Below, piece after piece: positions 39,611-52,839 of a stretch of DNA of 64,000 bases. Within the stretch, counting starts at the first letter, position 1. The number at the start of each line of letters is the position of its first letter. The translations under genes were made by a program, and so were the position numbers. Origin of the DNA: Camelus dromedarius. Lineage: Eukaryota. The DNA is taken from positions 43,960,001 to 44,024,000 of the forward strand of contig NC_087437.1 in NCBI RefSeq assembly GCF_036321535.1, in the 5' to 3' direction. Under the pieces are notes generated by a model that saw only the letters and a list, made by a program, of their open reading frames with translations, was not told the origin of the DNA and searched no databases.

Positions 39611-41049
39611 TAAGAGCATAAGTAATTTGAGAGTTTGCACTCTTATCAAGTGGAAGTCATTCTGTCTTGGAAAAAAGAGCCCTTATTCTGGTAGTGCTTC
39701 TTGTCCAATCTGCTTGTGTTTAAGTTTCCTCCAGGCAGCTGTGGTATAGGGGAAAGGACTTTGTCAGGTCTTAAATGAATGGAGCACTGAATTCAGTAAG
39801 TTTGAATGTAGGATTGGCACAATGCTGCATAATCTAATAATATTTTTAAAATAGTTGATGACCAAGCTGTCATTTAGTTAATCCTCAAAAATTTTTATTA
39901 TAGGCACCCTGACAAATTTACATCTGTAACCACTCTAACATAATTGTTGAACCAGTCAAGCTGTCAGAGTTGGAAAGCTGCCATCTCTTGAGTTCCATGG
40001 GTACCTATGTTTTGTTAATTTATCTAAAATACAGTATATTCCTAGCATATGATTAGAATTTTATTTTGGGAAAAGTTACAATCTCTTAGTGCTTCCTGGT
40101 TGCCCAAAATAGTTTGATAAAATATGTACTTGGAATAGTGATTCTCATCTTTGAAATGCATGAAGATTGAGAGTGCTCAGTCTTCAAAGCATGTCATTGG
40201 CAAATCATTTGTCTTCATAATATTGATGATGTATTTTTGTTTATTTCCAAAATGTCTCTTTCTTGAAGCACACTGAAGACTTTGGAAGATAACCATATAT
40301 TTCCTACTGAGCGATAATGTCAAAATTTTAGTTCATAATTAAAAACTACTTCATAGCAATTCCATTTACAATATTTCAAAGTGTTATTGAAACTTGTTTT
40401 TGTTTCTTCTCAGTAAATTTAAATACACTTTGATTACATCATCGGCAATATATATTTAGCCTTAAGGTTAATTTCCCATTGGAAGGCACCTGAACATTTG
40501 AAAGGCAATCTATTTCCTTTTTGAATTCAAGCCCCCAGATGGTAGGTAAACTTGTGGATTTGGAGTGCTCTGTGGTAGCCATCATTTGTGAGGATCTTTT
40601 GCCCTGTGTCTTCTCTTGTTTCTTTCCCCAGCTGTGCTCCAATGTCTCTTGTCAAAATGACACTCACTCCCATTCACAAGGGCACTACTGTAACTGCATT
40701 TATTTTTTATTTTTATTGTTTTGTTTGTGTCTTTTGACAGTTGTCTGAAAACAGATACTTCAGAATGGGCTCCTGATTTCACCCAAACATTATAGTTTTA
40801 CAATGTACTTGACCACCATCCTGTGAGAAATGTGTCATTATTACAGTTTATTTTATTTTCCTTATTTGATTTTAAATTTAGAAGTCTAAGCTCAACTGGC
40901 AATGTCTGCTTTTGGATATTTGGTGCAAAATTGCTGCCCTAAAGACTTAAAATGCACACAGTGACATGCTACTTGGAGAATAAGATGATGACATTACATG
41001 AATTTTGATCATGAGATTAAAAAAAAGATGGGAGAAACTGTGCAAACAT

Positions 41050-41400
41050 TATTATTCATTCATTGATAAAATGTTTTTAAAATGCCAAGGCTAGATGGTG
41101 TGTGTATTAGGAAAAATATAGAGCTCACATATCTACCCTTACATTCTAATAGGAATACTAATATTAATCAGATAAAATCACACAAACAATAGAGGGGAGA
41201 GACAGTTTCTCTGTAATCCAAAGGATGGGTAGGATTTACCTAAATGAGAAAAAGAGGAAAGTGTATTCCAGGTGAAGAGTACAGACTGAGTAGGAGGCAC
41301 TGAGGGACTGAGGGTATGCTGAGTGGGTGGGTCCTGAGAGACGAGGGGAAGCAAGGAGAGACAAGAGAGGTCAGCAAGGGCCAGACCATCTTGCAGAAAA
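41050..41400 (-). mobile_element. L2 fragment
   Basis: 'attcattcattgataaaatgttt' tail then 'gtattccaggtgaagagtacag', 'agaggtcagcaagggccagaccatcttgcag'. Confidence 0.6.
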
Positions 41401-44400
41401 TTAAAACTGCGGCTCAAGGAGAACCAGTCCCTGGACAAAGATCTCAGTGACTGCTAGATTCCTTTTCGATGCCAGTAGCTACCCATAGTCAGTTAATCAT
41501 TATCAGCGGTTTCCATGTGTAACACACACACGCGCACTTGCACACACACACGCACACCTTGATACATATACAAATTTAGGACAAATTTTTACAATTATGT
41601 TGATGATTAAGAAGAACATAATTACTTTATGTGATGTAAATTTAGATGTCCTTTAATTAATTCCTTTTTCTTCCTTAGAAACTTAACAAGAATTGTAGCC
41701 AGCCAGTCCAAGATGAACCCAAACATTATTTTTATATGAAAATTTAACTATCTTTCCACAGTATCAACAATATGATTATATTTTGTATATCATAGTAGAC
41801 TATTAAATTGATTTTCCTCATTTAAAAATTAATGATTAATTTAAATTTTCAATGTTGCCTATAATTAACTTTCATAGCTTATAAAGAAATATCGGACATC
41901 TAACCAAGTTGCTTTTGAATAAGCTCTCCTATTACAGAACACAAGAATTCCATGCATATTAGCAAGAGGATTTGTCAGGCATTGGCGCTTCAGAATGCTT
42001 TCCATCTATCATGCAATAATTCTTCAGTTCCTTCTAAAAATAGCTCCTCCCCGTTGTTGTTCTCTTCATTATTAGATGTAGCCTGTAGTAAGATGTTTCA
42101 GTTCTAAAATTAAGACAATCATTATTTGGTAATTGGGTATACTCCTATGTGAGGGTGTATACCATTTAAATCTCTCAGCATCAGTTTATTGATTTTTTTT
42201 TTGGTCAAAATTAGAAGCACCATCAATAATCTCAGTACAGCATAATACTGTGCATGGTGCAAAGTATTTATTCATTGAGTTGACTCTTACAATGTCAAGG
42301 GGAAAGTGCAGTTAATAGGATAAGTACCTTCAGCGATATCAGAGATTTAACAAGTAGGCTCATGATATATATGTCTTAATCATGGGTGTTTTTTTTGTAT
42401 TTTAGAGTGTATAGATGTGATAAGTCATTTTATATCTTAAGAGTCTATATTTTATCGTGGTAAAAACAAATATAAAAAACATATATTAAATTTCAGTTAT
42501 TTTATATATTCTACTTATTCTGGCATGCTTACTTGGTGTTAGACTCAAAAAGAAGCCCAATTGTCCACTTAAATTAAAAGTTCAAAGTAAATGGAAATTT
42601 AACTAGAGGTAAGAATGCAAAAATTGAATCTATTATAACCACACTATTTTCTCTAGGTTTAGTAATTTTATTTCAAAATTGTATATAATAAAAATGTCAG
42701 GAAAAGTTAAGAAGGGAAAAAAAACTGAAAAATGTGGAGAAGTACCAGATATTCTACAAACCTTAGTTCCCTAATACAATTATGATTTATATGTATTGAT
42801 AAATAGATGGATAGAGCTTCTGATATAGATAGGTAGATACAGATTGTATGTGTGTGTTTGTGTGTAATTAAATATATTTCTTTTTAACATTTTTGAGCCA
42901 TTTACTATTTTCTGAACTTTGGCTTGGTAGTATAAAAGAAAAGAAAAAGAAGACTGTAAGAAACTTTTACAAAAGAAAATGTTCGTTCAACTTGACAAAT
43001 TTTAATCTTGCTTTAACACTAGAAACTAATATTCATCACACTGTGCATGCAATTTAAAGTGAAAATGAGAATCCATTTTTTTCAGAGCTATAGAGTGTTC
43101 AAAGCCTGCATTGTTTAAAATAGCTTCGTTTTTTTAAGATTGTATTAGGGAGAGTTTTCAAAGAAACATTGATACTCATTTCAATTTTTAATTTAATTTT
43201 TATTAGGTTTCAATGCATTACATTTAGGGAATACAGAGGCTTCAATTTTTTCTTTTTCTCTCAGATGCAGGTATTTATTAAAAGAGGTTTGCCATTTCTG
43301 CCAATAATTTTAATGTTAAAATCACACACCCTCTTCATACACAAAATTCTTTGTATAAATTAGATTCACATTTTTCTCTCTAATAATAAGATCTTGAAAT
43401 TATAAATGGTCTTACTTATAAAGTTATAGAATCCACATTCTTTATGCTTTTAAAATTTGTGGACAGTCAGGTGAGGTAACTGATAAATACTACCTTTACC
43501 TATTAGACAGAAATTACAGATTAACTGTTTAAACACAACTGAATGGTTGTTCAAAAATTTTAAAAGAATAAGTAGCCATAAGCCATAATCCATAAGCCCT
43601 TGCAAACTATTAGTTTACAAATATCTAACTGCCATTCATAAGTGAAGCTCACATAATCACTGAAATTGTTTTTTGGGTGTTTGTTAACCTCATTATAAAA
43701 CTGAATTTAAGTTTTTTAAGCTACTTTTAACTGCTTGCAGTCATACTGAATACAATTGAATTTCTTTGAAATATTTGGACTTTTCCCATTTTTTCAAACA
43801 TCCTTACCTAGATTAATGAGTTTTTTCCTGTATTATTTAAGTAAAATAAGAAAATTAAGCAATGTTACTGCTTTTTATACTTTCTAAGACTACTATAGCA
43901 GTTCATTGAAGACAGGGTACCTTTCAAGATTGTGTTGTATAATTTGCAGATGGTACCTGGGCAGCCATATGTTGAGTAAATGTGTGGGTTTTTAAAATTC
44001 AGTGCACACTCTTGATCAAAATTCTTTGAAAACTATGAATGTGACTTTATTTTCTTATCTTTGTAAGGAGCCTGACACAAACCAACAAGGTCTATCATGT
44101 TTAACAGTGAGATATTAGGTGAATTTCCATTAAGTTAGAAAAAAAGACTAGAGGTTTTTTTGTCACCTGGCCATTGTGATAAAGTAAATCTTAGGGGAAG
44201 AAAAGTACTTTGCTCCTGGACTATTATTCTAAATTAAAATATGTTGTTTTTTTTCTTACTCTATAAATGGTTCCTGGAGACAGTGTTTTGTGGGGCAAAA
44301 AATTATTTTGGAGTTTGAATCCAGCACTGTAACTGTTTAACCTTATGTGAAGACAATTAACATGCTCTCTTCAGAATCATTTATCAATGGGTTACAACAT

Positions 44401-44599
44401 CAACAACGGGAAAAATCTATGTCACCAAATTGTTATAAGAACACCCGAGGATAACACATGAAGACTTTAAGTGGCAGGGCAATGATAGATTTGATATGAT
44501 TATTAACACAAATAATGAAAACCGTAAGCATAATTTTTATTTTTTTGCTGATTATGAACTTATCTTATTTCCCCTTGTGAACTGCACATTCTGCTTGTC

Positions 44600-45185
44600 C
44601 ATATTATTTAGTATTCCCTCTGAACATGCTGCATTTTCTGCCCCCTCTGCCTTGATATTTTTGTTAGTTTTTCCCTGTGCCTGGATTGCCCTTGTTCTGT
44701 TATCTCTGTTCATGAAGATAGTTCTCAGCTGGCAGGATCCATAAGAATACCAGGTATCCCATGAACTCCTTTCAGTTCCCCATTTCCACCTTCTTTTCTA
44801 GTTGGAGCAATCTCTTCCTCTTCTGCCTCTCATGGAGCTTCTCCCATTCTCCTTTTTAATTACTACATCTTTCAGCCTCTAAATCCCTTGCTTCTCCAGT
44901 ATAGTCTGTTAGTCTGTTAATCAGCAGTATGGACATCACCAGGGAGCTTGTTAGAAACGCAGAATGACAGGCTACATCCCAGACCAAGAACCCTGGGGGA
45001 TTGCAATGCATATTACAGCTTGGAAAGCACTGCCCTAATTAATTACAAACTCCGTGGAGGTAGGGGCATGGCGAAGGGACAGCTTCTCTGTCTTGCCTTA
45101 GTACCCTCCACAAGACTCTGCATCATCCAATGCTTTGCACATAATAGGTGTTCAGTAAATGACTGCTGAATTGAATTGAATTGAA
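44600..45185 (+). mobile_element. L2 3' end with nested MER5A-like element (~44885-45035)
   Basis: L2 tail 'tgctttgcacataataggtgttcagtaaatgactgctgaattgaattgaa'; MER5-like 'catcaccagggagcttgttagaaacgcagaat...ttggaaagcactg'. Confidence 0.7.
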
Positions 45186-46301
45186 TTTTTATTATTTGGA
45201 ATTCAGAAAAATCCAGTTTAGAAAAACTCAAATGTTAGGAAAGGAAGTTCTAAAGTCAGAGCGAGAAGAAGGCTTTTCATTATTGATGCTACTCACATCA
45301 ACTAATCAATATTTCTTGGTCATCAACTGCTACTGTACTTTTTCATGCATAAAATATTAATATGGATCCTTGATCTTATATAAAAAGAAAGATCTTCAGT
45401 CTAACCCTCACCTTCAAAAAATTCAGTTAGATAACTGAATCAAAATGTGGTTGCTTTGTCATACTTGTAAGTATTTAATATATCCTATTAGAAGTCATGA
45501 CAGAACTTTAAGGCACTGTACATCCAAAGATGACTGGTAAATATCAAGATGTGATTTTATTAAATTATTTAAACAGCTCAATTCATCATTCATCTTGATT
45601 GTCTATAAAATAGGGAATAATATAAGCAACAGTCTCTCATTTATAATTAAAGCAAGGTGATTTTATGCTGTAAAATATTTATTCCCCAGTGTATGACTTT
45701 TAAATCAGTTGTGATATTTTCCTTTTACATACTTAATTTACAGGATTTTCCTGACTAGAATTCCATCAAAAATTTAAAAGGGTTGTGAGTCCCACTAAGT
45801 TACATTTACCTATCTGTATTCACTAATTGCTATGGATTAAATTAAGCACATCTTTAATTGTAGGTAGTTTCTTTCCGTTGCCTAGGAAGTCACAAGTCTG
45901 CTTTTCTCACCATCAGCTGATATGTGCTTAGGGAATAGAAACTAATTTTAACATTAGCCCAAGCAAAATGTAATTAGGATGGCTAATCTGCTGAAAAATA
46001 CCCCCAGCAAAAATCCCTTTTTTTAGGTAATGCCATTTTAATGGAAATGACATTTTTATGAAATGCAAGTGACAAAGATGTGAATGATGCCTGTGAGCCT
46101 TTTATTTAATTTTGTGTGTTCCCTAATTTATTAATAAAGGGAGGTTAGGAGCACTCCACTCCTAACATTTTGGATATTAAATAGATTTTTTAAGTAGAAT
46201 TCTTAACATAAACATTCAGTTTTACTTAAAATAATTTTTATAACAACAAACAGAGGCCCTAACTGATTCTCTGAAAGGATAATGTGTATGTGTGTGTTAT
46301 G

Positions 46302-46303
<2 letters not shown>

Positions 46304-46352
<49 letters not shown>
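46304..46352. repeat. (TG)24 microsatellite
   Basis: Direct reading of uninterrupted TG run. Confidence 0.95.
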
Positions 46353-46358
<6 letters not shown>

Positions 46359-46554
46359 ATGTATGGCATGACAACCATAAGTAGGAGGGCTTTAGGAATT
46401 ATCTTTCTCATCACTGCCCTTTTTCATTAATGTGGATGATTGAAACTGACTTTGCTTGTGTGACATTCCCTTCATTTTCTTTTAAAAATAGATACTCTGA
46501 ATTTAGGATTGGATATTAAGGGTAATTTTAGGGATTAATAATTCTCTTAGAAAT

Positions 46555-46770
46555 AACAACTATGATTACTATCACAGTTTATGGGTTCCTAGTTTATGCT
46601 AGGAACTATACTAAGTGTTTCAAGCTTTTCTTATTTGATTCTATAACAATTTTGTGTGAATGATAATATTACCCTCATTGCATAGGTTATGAAGACTCAA
46701 GCTCAGGAACTTTAAGAGACAACGAGTAAATGAATGGGTCAGTTGGGACTGGACTCCCTCTTAGCCTAAA
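46555..46770 (-). mobile_element. MIR SINE
   Basis: 'tttatgggttcctagtttatgctaggaactatactaagtgttt...atattaccctcattgcataggttatgaagactcaagctcag'. Confidence 0.7.
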
Positions 46771-46983
46771 GTCAATTTAATATTCCTTTTTTTTGGCAAT
46801 GATATGTTGAGAAATACAAATTTTCACAAGATCTTGAGGGAGGGGGTGTGATACAGAAGTTATATATTTCATTCACCATTTCGGGGGGTCAGTTTTGGAT
46901 AAATAGTTTCAGCAAAAACTCTAGGGGTTTTATCGTAATTTTTGATATGTAGCTGTCATGACTGTTTTGGTAATTAAAAAATC

Positions 46984-47184
46984 ATTGAAGTATAGTTGAT
47001 TTACAATGCTGTATTCATTAATTTTTGGTGTAGAGCACAGTGTTTCAGTTATACATATATATATATTCCTTTTCATATTGTTTTTCATTGTAAGTTATTA
47101 CAAGATATTGAACATAGCTTCCTGTGCTCAGCAGTAAGACATTGTTGTTTATCTATTTTATATAAGTAGCTAGTATCTGCAAAT
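46984..47184 (-). mobile_element. Cetartiodactyl-type L1 3' end
   Basis: 'attgaagtatagttgatttacaatg...ttattacaagatattgaacatagcttcctgtgct...ttgttgtttatctatttta'. Confidence 0.88.
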
Positions 47185-48289
47185 AGTATTCTTAACTAAT
47201 AGGCTCTAAAGCCTCAGTAAAAGTGCTTGTTCCTTAATGCTGTGCTAGAAGCCATAATGACAAAGTAACATGTACACCTGTCACCATTTTTCTCTTGAAT
47301 TGTGTCTGAAATGAATTTTGGGCTTTAATTTTTGTGTCAGTACAGTATGGTTTAAATTTGAGATACCTGCTTTGAAACCCAGAATTATGTAAATGTTCAA
47401 AACCTTCTACGAAATATAGGAAACACAACTGTAGTTTTACCTATAGATTTGTGCTTAGGTGAGACCAGGTAATTGTCTAACTAAATGGTCCTCAGAAAGC
47501 AATGCTAATAACTTACCCAATTCTTTGCCAAAACTCAAGTTCTTTCTGAAATGATTTTTCTTCTAAATTTAACAGTTTCCTTATTTTGCTAACCCAGGCT
47601 GATTTTACCTTTTGACTTTAATTTGAATATGATAAAAGTTATAATATTCTGAATTTTGATATTATTACAACATATTTTGGAGATTAAATCATTGTGATTA
47701 AGACATTCAGCACTTTGGTTTCATAAAATAAGTGGAGAGTTAGTAATTACAAATTTAGGTGTGTGAATCCAAGTCCCACCACTTACCAAGTATATTTACT
47801 AGGGCAAGTGTTTCCAAGTAGTGTGATGCAAAGTAAAACTCATAGAAGGGTCACAGAGGGGCATCATAGGATATTTTAATTTTTCAAATAAAATGCAAAG
47901 ATGCTTGACATCTGTCAGACATCTGCTGGATACTATGCAAACTACTAGCTCAAAGAGGTTCATTGTTTAAACATTAGATTGTACTGCATTCCTCTTGCTG
48001 ATATCATATACTTACAAAGCTGGCTTTTAAAAGTTTGTGTATTAAAAGCAAGTACCGTATGAATACCAATGTGGAGTAGGAAATGAGAGTGGTGCTGCCC
48101 ACTATGATTTCAGGGTTTAAGGAGTTGTGTGGCCCAACAGCAATTTAAATCCCATTAGTAGATAATTGTGGTTATTTAAGAATAAAATTTAAAAAATTAC
48201 CTTCTTCTTTAAAGTTGTGTGTATTTTTTCCCCAAACAGCTACTGAGATTATTGGGATTATTAAGATATAAATACTTATTAAGTTGTTT

Positions 48290-49580
48290 AATCTACTTTC
48301 TATCTGTATAGATTTACCTATTCTAGATATGCCATCTGAGTGGGATCATGCAATATGTGGTCTTCTGTGACTGGCTTCTTTCACTTAGCATAATGTTTTC
48401 TAGATTCATCCATGTTGTAGCGTGTATCTCTATTTCATTATTTTTTATTCCTGAATAATATATTTTAACATTTTTTTATTGAGTTATAATCATTTTACCA
48501 TGTTGTGTCAAATTCCAGTGTAGAACACAATTCTTCAGTTATATATGAACATATATATATTCATTGTCACATTTTTTTCTCTGTGAGCTACCATAAGATC
48601 TTGTATATATTTCCCTGTGCTATACTGTATAATCTTGTTTATTTGTTATACATTTTGAAATCCCAGTCTGTCCCTTCCCACCCCCTGCCCCCTTGGCAAC
48701 CACAAGTTTGTATTCTATGTCTATGAGTCTGTATCTGTTTTGTATTTATGTTTTGTTTTTGTTTTTGTTTAGATTCCACATATGAGCCATCTCATGTTAT
48801 TTTTCTTTCTCTTTCTGGCTTACTTCACTTAGAATGACTTACCATATGACCCAGGAGTCCTGCTCCTGGTCAAATATCCAGAAGGAACCCTACTTCAAAA
48901 TGACGCCTGCCCTTCAATGTTCATAGCAGCACTATTTACAATAGCCAAGACATGGAAACAGCCTAAATCTCCATCAACAGATGACTGGATAAAGAAGATG
49001 TGATGTATTTATAAATTTAAATACTATTCAGCCATAAAAACCGCCAACATAACGCCATTTGCAGCAACATGGATGTTCCTGGAGAATGTCATTCTGAATA
49101 ATATTTTGTTGTTGCGACATACATTTAATTTATCCACTCATCATTTGATGGACATTTGTGTTGCTTCCATTTTATTGCACAACAAAACAAAGAGCAACAA
49201 AGAGCAGGAGGATGATGAAAAATGTTGCTGGCCAGGCCCCCCTGTAGAGATATCATAGCCTTTGTCTGAGAGTTGGAGGGAGAGGGGCCTTGCATTCTTG
49301 GCCTCATCCACTTGGAGTGTAGTTTCAATCACACTGAGCTGGGGAGAGGGTTAGGAGGAAGCAGGTTGTGGCTCAAGTGCAACAAACTCTTGCTGTTCGT
49401 ACTGAGATTTAGTAGATTTTCTTGAACAAATATTTCCTTTTTTTTTTTTTGTACACTCTTAGGACGATTTATGTAAACCTTAAGTGCTTGGGGTTTTTTT
49501 ATGTGTGTAATTTTTACCTGTTATGGTTGTCTCATTGAAGTGGGGGTCTGGTGAGCTCCTAATGTTGCCATTCTGGAAGT
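48290..49580 (-). mobile_element. Old L1MB/L1M4-type element: 3' part (48290-48461, 49094-49180) joined to 5' UTR (~49190-49580)
   Basis: 'tgtggtcttctgtgactggcttctttcacttagcataatgtttt'; reverse complement of 49380-49580 reads 'acttccagaatggcaacattaggagctc...caagaaaatctactaaatctcagt' like recalled L1M4 5' ends. Confidence 0.7.
48462..49094 (-). mobile_element. Young lineage-specific L1 with 5' inversion
   Basis: Antisense 3' UTR 48462-48838 closely resembles 32489-32880; sense ORF2-end segment 48839-49094; flanking repeat ctgaataatat at 48451-48461 and 49094-49104. Confidence 0.9.
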
Positions 49581-50874
49581 TGCTACTTTTGTCCTTTAGC
49601 TTCAGGCACCATGGAAAAATTATTGAGATACTAAGCATACCATGAACAGAGAAAATGTGAGAGTCTTTAAAGACAAGTTACTAAACCTATCCACATCTCA
49701 AAATTTACATCATTAAAATAGAGATAATGATATACACCTCAAACAATGGTTTTCGGATTAAATGAAATACAACTATGAGTGCTCCTTATGAGAACACATA
49801 AGAAACCAATAATAAATTTGACTATTTTTATTTATATCTCATATATGTTTGAGGATAATGTATATACTATATGTAAAAATGTTGTGTAAAATGCTGTAAT
49901 TATTATTAGTTTTTAAATATTTTTCATACTTTGCTACATTTTGTTTCTTAATTCAATCTGATAATAGAGTTACTGATGTTGAGTGTCCTCTTTGTAGAGA
50001 CAAAAGTGAACTCATTTTTTTGGTTAAATTCAATATGTAGATTGTAAGTAGAAAGCAGTAAAAGAATAAATGAAAATCAGTGCTTCTGCATCCCTTTAAT
50101 TCTGTAATCAAAGTAGAAGCCTCAGTTCATGATATTTCTTGGGGATTAAAATCTAGGAGACAATAATTGTCCAACATGCCCTTGACCATGAGGTCTTCAC
50201 ATCTGGTCATTACTCACTAGGATTTTCTTGGTCTTGATCATTACTGCCTAATTTGGGTCTATTTAGAACTGAATGCCAAAGCTCATGCAGCTCGAACATA
50301 TGAAAGCTTGCTGTTTTTATGAATGGAGCACTTACTGCATTTCATTTTCTTACTTCATGTCAAACTTTCAAATGTTTTTACTTAGCTGAAGTGGATCCTG
50401 AGTCTTTCTTGAAAAAAAATTTTATCTATAAGCTTCAAAAATATTTTCTTAAATATTGTTTAGAGTATAAATTGTTCATATTTTCAAGCTTATTTCACTA
50501 TGAAGAAATTTTCTAAGTCTTGTACTCAGAATCTTTGACCAAAAAGCTAATACAGCTTTTATTTTGTTTCTTCCTGGCAAAAATACAGATAAACAATACA
50601 ATTGGGATTATGTTAGAAAGGTTGATGTGATACGATGTTTTTGAATTGCCTTTAAGCCCTGTAAAAATTACTATTACTATTCAGAATTGGGGGGTTAAAA
50701 TTTAAAAGTAAGAAAGGGAATAAAGCTGACTATTGATAGTATGAGGAAGAGAGGTATAGGAGGCCAGGGAAACAGAGAATAAGGTAAAGAATGAAAGATA
50801 GAGAAAAATTCAAAAGTCAATATAGCATATATAATAATACTAATAATACTAATAATAACATTTGCATGGTTTAG

Positions 50875-51440
50875 ACTGTTGTGTATATAGTTTGCCTGCC
50901 AAACTCCCTCTCCTGGTCAGAAATCATTTAGCTGAAGAAAGAGGAAGCCACACTCACTCAAACTAACTACAACAACAAAAAAAGAGGTTAATTATAAAAA
51001 TCCTGGGGGATAGCATCAAATCCATTTGCCAGTAATATCATTGGGCTTCATGTGGAATGGAAAAATGTAGTTTCTTCTCTTTGTTTTGGGGGACATTTAT
51101 TTTTTTTTTCTCTTTGTTTCTTTCTTTGTACTTTTCTTCCATTCACTTCTATAAACTGGCTATCTCTGCAAGGCCCTCAGTCTCTGCTTCTTCATAATTT
51201 CAGTCCATATGTGGCTTTATCTTATCTAAATGCCAGCATGGACCCTGTTTTGCTGCATATTTCCCCATTTCTTCATCTTAGATCACTGACTCAGAATCAG
51301 TGACCTAATTTCAAGTTCCAGCTTAAGAGAATACAATTGGCTGAATGTATGTAAGCTGCTTTTGGTCTAGTTACTGTGGCTGAGAGGATGAAATCTGTGT
51401 TATGTTGGGCTATTGATATGAGGCTCACAGGTTGAACTAG
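50875..51440 (-). mobile_element. Old MaLR LTR (MLT1-like), degenerate
   Basis: 'cactcaaactaact...aaaaagaggttaattat' and 'agagaatacaattggctga...tttggtctagttactgtggctgagaggatg'. Confidence 0.45.
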
Positions 51441-51816
51441 TTCCCTAAGAAAAGGAAAGACATATTTACGTATCTGTTATGTGCTGTCTAGTAAACAAAT
51501 TCCTTGAGGGAAGAGATCATGTCCTATTCATTTCTTTCCCCAGCACCTGGCACAGTTTTAAAATCAATATTGAACAAAATAATCTTTTTCACGTCAAGGA
51601 AAATTTGCATTTCTGCCTCCAGGGGGTAGTGCAGTTGACACAAATGAAGAAAATATTCCAGTTGCTACTTTTTTGATGGGCATCATCAAGGTAACTTTTG
51701 CCTTGGAACAATGGTTAACCTTTTTTTGGAAAGTGGACTTCACTGAGCAAACTTTGACATTTTCCATACCTGGGAATGGAGCAGCAATGACAGTAGCACC
51801 CTTCCGTTGCTGTAGA

Positions 51817-52052
51817 CCAGTTGTTCCCAAACTACTTCCAGTAGTGCATTTATGCTAAAATTTTAGACAGAATACAAATATATAAAATATATAAAAATAG
51901 AATGCATGGTTGAAGCAAGTATAAAAGGTCAAGTTTTGCCTATGAACCTTCTTTGCTCTGCTCATCCTCCAGTAGGCCCTCTCACCCCAAAACCTAGAGG
52001 AGCCTCTATAGAATCCAAGGGCTCCAGATAACATGATTTTTAAACCACTGCT
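51817..52052. mobile_element. hAT-Charlie MITE (MER5/MER112-like ends)
   Basis: Termini 'cagttgttcccaaact' and 'agggctccagataacatgatttttaaaccactg'. Confidence 0.5.
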
Positions 52053-52839
52053 TTTAGGTTAGGAGCAATGAAATTTTATTCTAATTTGCTCAATGTTTGA
52101 ATACATTTATACTTTTAAGTATATAACAATATGATGCAAAAGATTTTGTAAAGACATAGAAAAGGGTTTTAATGTATAGTTTTCCCATTGCTGCAAGTTT
52201 CTTAGGTGTGAAATTCAAAGATAGAAATTCATTTACTTAATAAACTTACTGAGCATTATTCGTACATTCTATGCTTAGCAATAAAATATGAACAAAACAG
52301 GACCTCTGTTATCATGTGTCCAGAATCTACACTAAAACTGTATGAAATGAGAACATATTTATTTCATTATACTTAATGCAATACAGATACCTTACTTAGA
52401 ACCATCAGTGGAAAGGAACTAGCAAATATATCAATACTCAGAATACATTCAGGGGTTTATATTCTACTCTCACCTTCCTCTCAAACCGTGGACTTAAGAC
52501 CATCATTGGTATAACCATTGGCTCTTTTTGTTACTGTTTGGTGCTTTAGATTTCTCTCCTATTCTCTAATATGAATCAAAATATTGATTTCCCAACAAAA
52601 AATAGCAAAATGTCTGAAAAGTTTACAATTTACATCACTAGGTTAATGTAATAGTGTTGTACTGAAATGAAAAAATAATAAATATTTCTGCTTATATTGA
52701 AAGTATTATAAAATTTTTTGGTTGTGAGAATGCAATGTTGGAGTAGCAAAATATTTTTTATAATCAAATGTGTTTATCTAAGCCTAATGTATCTTCATAG
52801 AACTGTAGACATTAGAACTAAAAGGGAACTTAGAATTCA

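Larger units (their letters stand above)
47805..49668. mobile_element. MER119-like hAT-Charlie element split by L1 (~47805-48290 and ~49585-49668)
   Basis: 'aaaagcaagtacc...aatgtggagtaggaaatgagagtgg...cccattagta..taattgtggttatttaagaat...ataaatacttattaagttgttt' resumes as 'ggcaccatggaaaaattattgagatactaag...ccatgaacagagaaa'. Confidence 0.7.
47730..49830 (+). mobile_element. MIR split in two (~47730-47805 and ~49670-49830) by nested insertions
   Basis: 5' part 'gtgtgaatccaagtcccaccacttacca...agggcaag' resumes as 'acaagttactaaacctat...aaaatagagataatgatat...ggattaaatga'. Confidence 0.65.
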
